A DNA stretch of 64,000 bases from Octopus sinensis. Its lineage: Eukaryota. Positions 52,831 through 64,000 of this stretch are shown here, in pieces (the stretch's first letter is position 1; every line of letters starts with the position of its first letter). Under the pieces are notes generated by a model. The model searched no databases, was not told the origin of the DNA, and was given only the letters and a program-made list of their open reading frames with translations. Position numbers and translations under genes: made by a program. Where the stretch lies: positions 35,538,464-35,602,463 of the forward strand of contig NC_043011.1 in assembly GCF_006345805.1 (NCBI RefSeq), written 5' to 3'.

Positions 52831-54127
52831 CTAGCAAATGCACCCGCCCTTTGGACGGTTTAAGTTGCTTTTGTGGTATTTTTTTCACCAAATGATTGAA
52901 CTACTGAGAAGATTTGTGTAGCATGGCAATCTGTTTCCGATTAACCTAGGAACGGAAAATCAAATTGAAGGCTGGTTATTGTGGAGGTCGCTGCACTTTG
53001 ATTATCATAGAACATATAAGTTTGCAAGTGATGTAAAGTAGAGCTACTGAAGTGTTTTGGGAGTAGATTACGGATAATGACTACAAAATATAGTTGTTTT
53101 ACATGAAAGCAAAATTTCTTGTCAGAAACAGCCACATAAATGGTGTAAGGAAATTAAAGGAAGATGTTGAAACTTCCCGTCTGCGAGTTTATTTTTTTCA
53201 ACAGCAAAGGGAGTTACTTTTTCAGAGAGAAAAGCTAACAAGAGCACCTTTATTCTATCTTCCCACATAGCGTGCACTTAAACTAACAGTGAATGCTGCA
53301 TAAAGTTAAATTGGTATGGAGCTTCATGAAAGATACGTACAGCTTTCGCTAGTGGAAGCAAAACTCTTATTTAAAGGTTGATTCTTTGGGACGAATCATA
53401 TGTGAGTGTTTAAAAATGCTAGAATGAGAATGCTAAAACCGATTTGAAACAATGAACAGCAGTCGAATATCATAATGGATGGGTAAAGAAGCATCCTTAA
53501 AGTGAAACACAGTATCAAGGTATAAAAAAGGTATCAACAAACAGAAGAGAGGGAAGGGGACATCACCTTTCAAGTAACTCAGAATATGTAAAGGTAAGCT
53601 TGCCAAAGTTTAAATGCATTTTCAATATGTAGATTAAGATAGTTGGTATTGGATATTCATCACGTATAATTTTCCTCCTCGTCAACTGAATCACCATCGT
53701 AAGTGGACAGCAGAAATAAATAGATGAAATACTTTCACTTTTATAAAAAGATTAAAAACAAAACGAAGGCAAAAGGCACTCGACTTTTCACAATGAAAAA
53801 CCGTTTCCTAGTAGCCGGAATTTCACGACAAAACGTATGCTTATGAAGCACAACAGCCTGCAGTGCACACTGCTGGGCATTAAAAGCCAATCGCACAGAT
53901 CTAGTAGGGCTCTGGGTCCTCTTGAATCGATAAAAAATCACTCATTTTGCCATAGCAACCACATCTTTATAGCTTGCAAATTTTAACCATTGCGGGTCTC
54001 ATCTTCACTATGCATTTAGTAACCCTGCCAATTTTCAGCTCAATCCTAGCCTTGGTTTGGCTGCCATTAACCGTCAAAGCAAAATGTGCATACAATTTTC
54101 GTCCAAGGACTGTTTTATAGATATAGA
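52831..54127 (-). mobile_element. Non-autonomous Helitron, complete
   Basis: On the - strand: A|TCTATATCTATAAAA 5' end at 54127, hairpin ccgtccaaagggcgg, then gtgcatttg-CTAG|T at 52831. Confidence 0.8.
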
Positions 54128-54502
54128 TATACATGCCCCAGCATGGCAACAGCTCAAGAGCTGAAACTAGAAAACAAACATAAACATATTTACAATCTAT
54201 CTATCTCTCTATCTATCTATCTATCTATCTATCAATCTAATATATATATATGCATACACATATGTATACATAGTTACATACATGCACAAGCTTATACATT
54301 AAGAATCTGCATATTTATGTGTTTATATATATGCATATGTATGTTATATATATATATATATGCACATATGTATATTTACACACATATCTGCATGTACTCA
54401 CACAGGCACACATGCACACACACATACATATATATACATATATATATGTATGTATATGTATGTATGTATGTATCTATGTATCTATGTATCTATCTATCTA
54501 TC

Positions 54503-54533
<31 letters not shown>

Positions 54534-55235
54534 GTGCAAATGTACAAAATCAAAGATTGCAATCTATATTGCCTTAGAGATAATTATCTGCAAATCTACA
54601 GATGTAAGCTTCTAGTTTAAAGTTTTAAAGACGAGAGCCATTCTGAATGCACATATACACACAGACAACATACTACGCACTCACACACACAAACACACAC
54701 TATGCACGCATCAGTTAGCAAAATTCAATGCAATGTACTCACAATTTCAAGTGTCTCATTAAGAGCAAATACAAGAAGCATCTGTGTATCTCTGTGTTTG
54801 TGTTTCTTCTGTCTGATACATGGAAAGGTTATCTCTTTGGGAAGAGAAACTGTGCCAAAGTTCAAATTGTAAGCAATAGTTTATTCAGTTTATTTATTTA
54901 ACTAGGGCTCTTTGGAAAGTGTTGGACGTTAGAATTCTCTTTCATTCTTTTCCATAGTCTATAGGAATGAGTCTTGATCATGAAATTTCAGGTAATTGAA
55001 TCTACTTTTCACATAGTGCATAGGATAGACAATAATACCAATATATATATATATATATAGATATATATAATATATATATATATATATTATATATATATAT
55101 ACTAATTTATGCTATATACATAACATATATATAATATATATTATATATATATATATGTAGGTGCAGGATTGGCTACTTACCATCTACTTTTCACAATAGT
55201 GCATAGGATAGATAATAATAGCAATATATATATAT

Positions 55236-56023
55236 AGGAGTGGCTGTGTGGTAAGTAGCTTGTTTACCAGCCATATGGTTCTGGGATCGGTCCCACTGCA
55301 TGGCACCTTGGGCAAATGTCTTCTACTATAGCTTCGGGCCGACCAAAGCCTTGTGAGTGGATTTGGTAGACGGAAACTGAAAAGAAGCCCGTCGTATATA
55401 TGTATATATATATGTGTGGTGTGTGTTTGTGTCTGTGTTGTCCCCCCTGGCATTGCTTGACACCGATGCTGGTGTGTTTATGTCCCTGTTACTTAGCGGT
55501 TGGCAAAAGAGACCGATAGAATAAGTACTGGGCTTACAAAAGAATAAGTCCCGGGGTCGAGTTGCTCGATTAAAAGTAGTGCTCCAGCATGGCTGCAGTC
55601 AAATGACTGAAACAAGTAAGAGAAAAGAGAAAAAGAGAATATAGGTGCAGGAGTGGCTGTGTGGTAAATAGCTTGCTTACCAACCACATGATTCCAGGTT
55701 CAGTCCCACTGCGTGGCACATTGGGCAAGTGTCTTCTACTATAGCCTCAGGCCGACCAAAGCAGTGTGAGTTGATTTGGTAGATGGAAACTGAAAGAAGC
55801 CCGTCGTATATGTGTATATGTATATGTATGTGTGTGTGTCCCCTCAACATCACTTGACAACTGATGCTGGTGTGTTCATATTTCCATAATTTAGCGGTTT
55901 GGCAAAAGAGACCGATACAATAAGTACTAGACTTAAAAAGAATAAGTCCTGGGGTCAATTTGCTTGACTAAAGGTGGTGCTCCAGCATGGCCACTGTCAA
56001 ATGATTGAAACAAGTTAAAGAGT
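55236..56023 (+). mobile_element. Two SINE A copies in direct tandem (55236-55638 and 55641-56023)
   Basis: Both have complete head, CORE-like and tail motifs. Confidence 0.9.
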
Positions 56024-56135
56024 AATATATATATATGTGTGTACATATATTTATATATGTATATATACATATATACATATATATATGTGTGTGTATATAT
56101 ATATGTTTGTACATTTATATATATATATGTATATA

Positions 56136-56176
<41 letters not shown>

Positions 56177-56559
56177 TGTATGTGTATCTAAAAATATATA
56201 CATGTATATATGTGTGTGTGTGTGAGTGTGTGTGTGTGTACTCAGGTGTGCATGTGTGTGAGGGCACATGGCTTAGTGCTTAGGTTATTGTGTTCATGAC
56301 TGCTAGACCGTGATTTCAATTCCTAGACTGAGTGGTGTGTTGTGTTCTTCAGCAAAACACTTCAGCTCATTTCGAACTGTGATCACTTTGACACCTGACA
56401 CGTGTGTTAAGACAATGTTGATTTAATGGAGGGAGTGAGCTAATGTATGGCGCACACATTTGATCTCTATAAACAAATCATTTGTGCAGGTCAATGGACA
56501 AAAGTTGAACGCTCATACTTTGTCTTCAACAGGGTACTCCACACACACACACACATATA

Positions 56560-56912
56560 TATAAATCCCCCAAAACGGAGAACAAACACAGAAAAAAAAC
56601 AACAATGCGAGGATGTGGTACATGTAAAGAATTAGCAGACACTCAGGAAAGGAAAGAAAGATGGTTTAATGTTTCAAGCAAAGCTCTTCTTCAGAAACTG
56701 AAGAAAATTCAATAGAAAAGGAAGACGGAGGATGAAAAAATCCCCAATGATTCACACACACACACATACATACATACATATATATATATATGTATATATA
56801 TATATATGTATATATATTTCAGGAGTTCAAAAAAAAAATATAAATATATATATATATGTATGTATATATGTGTGTGAATCATTGGTGATTTTTTCATCCT
56901 CTGTCTTCCCTT
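56560..56912. mobile_element. Head-to-head pair of the hammerhead element family (- copy 56560-56760 with hammerhead at 56667-56698; + start 56871-56912)
   Basis: The - strand reads gttt-CTGAAGA-a-gagc-ttt-gctt-GAAACATT-aaac. A 40-bp IR ggaagacggaggatgaaaaaatccccaatgattcacacac lies at 56720-56759 / 56871-56910. Confidence 0.75.
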
Positions 56913-57035
56913 GTCGAGTGGTACCCGCGTGAGCAGAAAAGACCCCCCAGAAGACCTCCACGACGGTGGAGTTACGATTTCAGGAGGATGATTGGGATCA
57001 CGTGGATGAGAAAGGCGCGATCCAGAGAATTATAA
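56913..57035 (+). mobile_element. RTE-clade LINE C-terminal coding fragment
   Basis: VEWYPREQKRPPRRPPRRWSYDFRRMIGITWMRKARSREL* matches the RTE C-terminal pattern W.P...KR..GRP..RW.D......W...A.DR..W. Confidence 0.8.
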
Positions 57036-57193
57036 CACAGTAGCAGAATTATAACACAGGAATTTCCATTTATATAACGGTATTTTTTCATAGCGCTTTT
57101 TCAGATGGCCAGATAACCAAAGAGATGGTGTTGTGGATTTCCACTTCGGCATCTGAAACTCAGAGTTTTATCTTGACTATTGAGTAATTGTAA

Positions 57194-57249
<56 letters not shown>

Positions 57250-57536
57250 TGTGTGTGTCTGTATGCATGTGTGCATACATGTGCATGTATACATACCTTT
57301 ATACAGAAATGTATATACTCATAATCACAGCTTCCCATATGTCAGAAGGTGCTGAAATTGTAATGAAATTTGATTGACAACTGATGAAGGAATGAAAGAA
57401 AGAGCCTCACTGCATCTGTTGTGTGTGTGATTTTTCTGTTTTTCCATGTATTCCTTTGGTGTCACAACTGTGACACATTTTCATTAATATACACATACAC
57501 CCATGTGCACACACGTACAGGCACACAAATGCAGAC

Positions 57537-57568
<32 letters not shown>

Positions 57569-58047
57569 ACAAATACTTGTATATATTCACTTCCTTTGTC
57601 CTAGCTGTTGAGAATATGCTGTTGAGATATTTTTTGGTATTACAGCATTCTATCATAAGACTTATATCAACAAGAAGCTAGGCCGTAAAAAATCCTTGTC
57701 CAAAATGCCAATACACACACACACATACACGTATGTATATGCATATACATGAACACATATACATATGTAAAAATACACATATATGCATACATTCATACGT
57801 ATACATATATACACATATGCTACGAAATGTGTGTGCATGTGTGTCTGTGTGAAGTCATACACTATTCTTTGTACATAAAATGAATATGAAAATACTTAAA
57901 TGCATTAAAGATGGAAAATCAAGAAATGGAACAAAATATAGGAAAAATAAAAGAAAAGCATTTTAAAAAGTTGGAAGACTTACATATGCAAATAAATGCA
58001 TACACGCCCACCCAACTAATATATACATACATACATACATACATACA

Positions 58048-58144
<97 letters not shown>

Positions 58145-58405
58145 TGTATACATATATGTATACATATATATTACATATATATATATATGCCCTAAATATA
58201 ATATATAATACATATATATAAATACACACACACACACAACACACACACTCACACACATATATATACATGCACAAACACCTAATATATACTGAGTGTGTGT
58301 GTGTTGTATTAATATTATATACACACTAAATTTATAAATGTATATGCATACATATATGGATACCTATGTTAAATACTTATACATATATGTGTGTGAGTAT
58401 ATGTT

Positions 58406-58488
<83 letters not shown>

Positions 58489-58880
58489 GCATACGTAGAT
58501 ACATATGCACAGACACACACATGCACACACATATGCACACACACAAAATACATTAATATATGCATATATATATACATGTTTAAATCAATCTATCTCTCTT
58601 TCTTTCTATTTATATTCATACCTACAAACATATGTATATATATCTATACATATATACATATGCATCTCTCTCTTTATATATATATATATATATATGCATG
58701 TGTGTGTATGCATGTATGTGTGTGTGTGGACACACATATGCATCCACACATATTGCATAACTCTTTTGATTTCTTTCTGGGAAACCAAGAGGATGTTGGT
58801 TAAATTCACTTTAAAAAGAACGGCCTCCTAACTTTAGAGATCAGAATGAAAAGCAAATTCAGATTTTTGATACACCAGAC

Positions 58881-58944
58881 CTCATTTGTTTCCTGTCCAC
58901 CGTTTTTCCTATCATGTTCTTCCAAAGGTTTCTTATTTCCTTGA
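58881..58944 (-). CDS. Weak candidate internal exon (64 nt)
   Basis: Follows a long T-rich tract, acceptor ..ggacgtcag|, weak donor gag|gtctgg. Two open frames (xKEIRNLWKNMIGKTVDRKQM or xQGNKKPLEEHDRKNGGQETNE). Confidence 0.15.
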
Positions 58945-59277
58945 CTGACGTCCAAAATAGTTTACGAAATGAAAAGGTAAAAACACCAAAAAAATATAAA
59001 CCAAAAAAACAAAAACAAAACAAAACAAAAACATTACATTATAATTAAAAAGAAAAAATAGAAAGGAATTAAGTATAAAAAAAAAGAAAGGAAGCTTTAA
59101 AATGAATAATCGAAGATGTGTGAAAAGTCTCAAAAATTGTATAAGTTTTTACAACGTTGTTGGTTTCTTCTTTCTTTGATGCAGTTTAAGGTCAGTGATA
59201 TTTGAAGAGCGGGGAGGAGGGAGAAGGAGGAAAAAGAGAAGAAGGGGGGAAGCATGGGAACAATGATGATGATAATA

Positions 59278-59318
<41 letters not shown>

Positions 59319-59439
59319 TAATAATGATTTCATTTATTTGGTGCAAGGGGGAAAGATGAGGGGAAAATGCAAAGACAGACATAAAGTGTCAGGGTTTACA
59401 TATAATGAAATGATAGGAAGAAAAAAGGAATAATAAAAC

Positions 59440-59494
<55 letters not shown>

Positions 59495-59895
59495 AACATA
59501 ATAATAATAATAATAGTAATAATAGAATGAAAATTAGTAGTAGTAGAAGTAGTAGTAATAGTAGTAGTAGTAGCACTTGTAATAACAGCACCACAACAAT
59601 CACCACCACCTCCACCACCACTGCTATTATGATTACTACCACCACCACCACACCACCTCCAATAACAACAACAACAAGAAAACAGCAACAAAACAACAAC
59701 AATAATAAAGATAATATTAATAATAAAAATAATGATAATCAATAGAAGAAGAAAGAGAATTGGAGGAAAAAATGAAATTGAAGCAGTAGTAGTAGTAGTA
59801 GTATTAGCAGCAGTAGTAGTAGTAATAACAACACCACCACCACTGCTACTATCACTGCTACCACCACCACCCCAGCATCAACAACAGCAATGGCA

Positions 59896-60257
59896 GTGGA
59901 GGCGCAATGGCCCAATGTTTAGGGCAGCGGACTCGCGGTTGGAGGATCGCGGTTCCGATACCCAGACTGGGCGTTGTGTGTGTTTATTGAGCAAAAACAC
60001 CTTAAGCTCCACGAGGCTCTGGCAGGGGGTGGTGGCGACCCCTGTTGTACTCTTTCACTCCAGCTTTCTCTCACTCTTTCTCCCTGTTTCTTGTCCCCGA
60101 CTTCCTACGCAATCACTGAGCCTGGATGCGCATTCATCCATCCGTCGAAGCTCTCGGTGTCGGGGGTTGCCCTGCTTTCTCTTCTGCGGGTCTTACGAAT
60201 AGCAAAGGACCTCGTTCCGGACTTCTCCCACTGGATGAAGACTGCTACGCTCAACAG
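59896..60257 (+). mobile_element. SINE family C head with tail type 3, 14-bp TSD
   Basis: caacagcaatggca at 59882-59895 and 60258-60271. Head ggaggcgcaatggccc..ggactcgcggt with a TCG anticodon-like loop. Confidence 0.9.
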
Positions 60258-60453
60258 CAACAGCAATGGCAAGAAAACAACAGCAACAAAACAACTATAA
60301 TAATGATAATGATAATGATAATAGTAATAATAAAAATAATGATAATCAAAAGAAGAAAGAGAATTGGAGGAAAAAATGAAATTGCAGTAGTAGTAGTAGT
60401 AGTAGTAGTAGTAGGTATGTTTAGTAGTTGCAGAAGAAAAATAACAATAACAA

Positions 60454-60484
<31 letters not shown>

Positions 60485-61059
60485 AATATTTGGAGGCAGT
60501 TGTGATGACAATATGGTGTAAAAGTTGAAGAAGAAAAAATAAATGAGTAGAGAAAAAAAAGGAAATGTGACAAAAACTGAAAAGGAAAGAAAGAACAAAC
60601 AAAGAATAAATATAGTAGGAGAAGAAGGAGAAGGAGAAGAAGGAGGAGAAGGAGAAGAAGAAGAAGAAGAGAAGAAGAAGAAGAAGAAGAAGAAGAAGAA
60701 GAAAGAAGAAGAAGAAGAAGAAGAAGAAGAAGAAGAATGGAAAAAAGAATGAAAGACAAGCAAATAAGAATATCGAAGAAGATATATCTTTCTGAGGATC
60801 CTATTATCTTGAGAAAATTTTTGGTTATTAGATATATATTTATGGATCCTCCATTTAAATAAATGAAACTTTGAGATCTGTAGGAATGAAAATCATCATC
60901 ATCAATCATCTCATCGTTTAACGTCTGCTTTCCATGCTGGCATGGGTTGGACGATTTGACTGAGGCTGGCGAACCAGATGGCTGCACCAGGCTCCAAGCT
61001 GATCTGGCAGAGTTTCTACAGCTGGATGCCCTTATTAATACCCAAAATATATATGTATA

Positions 61060-61105
<46 letters not shown>

Positions 61106-61744
61106 ATGTGGCCAGAATGTACAAGCGTGACCTGAATGTAAACCCAGGGACATCTATTTTAGAAGTGTGTCTTCATCACTAGATATCTTAAAGGACTCTC
61201 CACAGCTACAATATAGAAGACAAATTCATGGAAACATGTAGCATATCATACCAGACTGTCTTTCAGTCGCATTGACAAAATGTACCAAGATTCACAATAA
61301 TGGAGAAATATTTTTGATCGACATGTGTCTTAGCTCTCAATTTCAACTTCGATCCATACAAAATTTCTGAGACACCCAAATGAACCTTCACCTGTCTTAG
61401 AAAATGGTAATGTAGTGGAAATAATATGGCAGCTATGGCATACAAAGACACCAACAGATAACATATTAAAAATCTGGCATAATTTTCCTTGACAAAACAA
61501 CAATAACATATTGACAATGTAACAATACCAATTGGTTATTATTTAATACAGAAGCTAGCTGGAAAGGCAAGGAATTACACCAATCCTTGCTGTTAAATTG
61601 AAAACATAGCAGTCAAGGAATTTTAATTATCACAATGAGAATGGTGCTTAATCACTGAACTTAGAAATGAATGAACCAAAAGAAATACTAAAGATATTAA
61701 GCATTTTAATCAATGCATTAAGGATTTGACAAGCTCACTGCCTT

Positions 61745-62300
61745 GTCTAGAGTGGTGCTCCACCGCCTTTTTTCCTCTTGCGGTACACTTATATTCGTTG
61801 CAAAATTCGGTGGCACACTTCAACTAAAAATGTAACTACTAGTTTAGGAGTGGCTGTGTGGTAAGTAGCTTGCTTACCAACCACATTGTTCTGGGTTCAG
61901 TCTCACTGCATGGCACTTTGGGCAAATGTCATCTGCTACGGCCTCAGGCTGACCAAAGCCTAGTGAGTGGATTTGGTAGATGGAAACTGAAAGAATCCTG
62001 TCGTATATGTATATATATATGTGTGTGTATATATTTGTATGTCACTTGACAACGACTGTTGGTATGTTTACATCCCCATAACTTAGCAGTTCGGCAAAAG
62101 AGACTGATAGGGTAAGTACTAGGCTTACAAAGAATAAGTCCTGGGATCGATTTGTTCAACTTAAGGCAGTACTCCAGCATGGCAGCGGTCAAATGACTGA
62201 AACAAATAAAATAAAGTATATTCAGGGTTACACTGCGGCACACCTAGCATCATCTCATGGCACACCAGTGTGCCATGGCATACAGGTTGCAGAGCACTGG
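61745..62300. mobile_element. Probable hAT-type MITE interrupted by SINE A (61846-62216)
   Basis: Ends gagtggtgctccaccgccttttt and ggttgcagagcactgg resemble cagtg.t.ctcaacc TIRs. The SINE A copy is unambiguous. Confidence 0.5.
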
Positions 62301-63255
62301 GCTACAGGAGAGTGATTTCCAGCAAGTAGAAATGATATAATGATGTGAACAAATAAAAAGAAACTAATAAGGACATTTTAAGTATTTACCGAAAAGGCAT
62401 TATCAGCTTGGCGTGCCCTTGGATATTGGATAGCCTGCTTTATAAAGAAAAAGCTTCCGATATTAGCCATTCAGCATTGAGATTACTCCCTCAAATTTAA
62501 TGCTTATTTAATCACATTGTTTTGAATTAATTATGCATTACCTTACAGCTTTGAAATTTTGATTGTGTTATTATTTATGCTTAGAATGATATTTTAGGGT
62601 AGGTGTGAGAGGCCAGATATGGCTGGCTTAGACACAAACCAGGTAGAATAATTTGGTCTGATATGGCTAGTTTAAATAATGAAGGGATAAAGTAGTACAC
62701 CAATTATACCAGGAGGAAATATACAAAAATCTACAAGGCTATAAAATCAAAGATATTAATAAATGAATAAACAAACAAATAAATAAGTAAATAACCTCCA
62801 GCCTTATCCCTATAAGTAAGGAAGTTAAAACAGTAATGGCTGCAAAGAGATCCAATAAGGTAAGATATAGAGAAAAGGAACTTGTATGAATGTTCCATAA
62901 GATGAGTCACTATGGAGAGTGTAGAGTCTAATAGTCTGGGACTTAATTTTTTTCTGATGCAGTCAAATAGAGAAAGCATAGCACTGTCATTTCAGTTATG
63001 TTTTCTATCTTCTTTCTGTTTCACCTATTTCACCTTCTGCAAACTGTGGCCATACTTGAGACACCAACATTGATCTTTAGTTAGAGTGTAATTTAGTGGT
63101 ATCACACTGGCTGATAACCAGTCACTATTCACAGGTGCAACTTCATTACTACTTAACACAGGGGTCTTTTGTCTGCAGTGTTTCAACCCTGGGCTGCATT
63201 GATCCTTCTTAGCTAATCTGGAACTCTTCAGTTTAGGTTACAGATTTTTTAATTA

Positions 63256-63763
63256 TTTTTTTAACTAAACAGTTTGAAACTTCATATACTGGTGTAATTT
63301 CTCACACTGAACACGGTTTACTTTCAACATTTTTGACAAAATTTCGTATTTTAGAAGTTATTTCGCATTAAAGTTGTCATATTTGGGTAATTTTAACCAA
63401 TCAACGATGTGTATTCAACTGAAGAAACCTACTGCTGTTTGTGATAGTAGCAAAAATTTCCAGGTCATTTCTACTAAATGTATTTTTCAACCACGTGTGC
63501 ATTATAATCCAAACATGGTTGAAAAGTACATTTAGTAGATATGACCAGGAAGTTGTTGCTTTTCGATTACCCTCACAAACAGCAGTAGATTTCTTCAGTT
63601 GAATACACGTCATTGGTTGGTTAAAATTACCCAAATACAACAACTTTAAAACAAAACAACTTCTAAAATACGAAATTTTGTCAAAAATGTTGAAAGTAAA
63701 CCATGTTCAGCTTGAGAAATTACACCAGTATACGAAGTTTCAAACTGTTTAGTTAAAAAAAAA
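63256..63763. mobile_element. Fold-back element, ~240-bp arms, ~16-nt spacer
   Basis: aactaaacagtttgaaacttcatatactggtgtaatttctca.. mirrors ..tgagaaattacaccagtatacgaagtttcaaactgtttagtt; the centre is ttttcaacca..tggttgaaaa. Confidence 0.9.
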
Positions 63764-64000
63764 TGAAATAAAAACTCTGTAAGGCAAACTCAAGAGATCC
63801 CTTGTGGGCTTCCCTGCCCACACTATATTAATGCTGAACTTAGTGTGAATGCCTTATTGCTGTAGAAGATCTGCTACCAGGATTTCCATTCTCAAACTGG
63901 CTAACCAGCTTAGCCTCCTAGCAGCTGGATTAAAGAAGATAATTGCCCACAACCCAAACCACGGTATGACTGTTCTCTCTGTTACCCAATCTCTGTCGAA

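Noticed and set aside
60543-60752. E/K-rich ORF
   Set aside because: It is a (GAA)n/(GGA)n microsatellite.

Overview
AT-rich, microsatellite-saturated eukaryotic DNA. The SINE families and (TA)n/(CA)n/(GAT)n/(TAA)n density suggest a coleoid cephalopod, probably Octopus; this is inferred from memory of these repeats, not from a search. No complete protein-coding gene is recognisable. Almost all listed ORFs are translated microsatellites, SINEs or transposon remnants, and only a few weak candidate exons remain. The window is mainly a mobile-element landscape: several tRNA-derived/CORE-like SINE families (three insertions have clear target-site duplications), a full-length Tc1-like element with 30-bp TIRs and an apparent DD36E triad, four mariner remnants, two complete non-autonomous Helitrons, Penelope-like GIY-YIG fragments, a Dong/R4-type LINE 3' end on (TAA)n, an RTE fragment, five fold-back elements and a 100-N gap. 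The most interesting signal is seven minimal hammerhead-ribozyme-like motifs (CTGANGA-stem-GAAAC core). They sit in Penelope-type terminal repeats and in short non-coding retrozyme-like elements, and two related families show stem I covariation.
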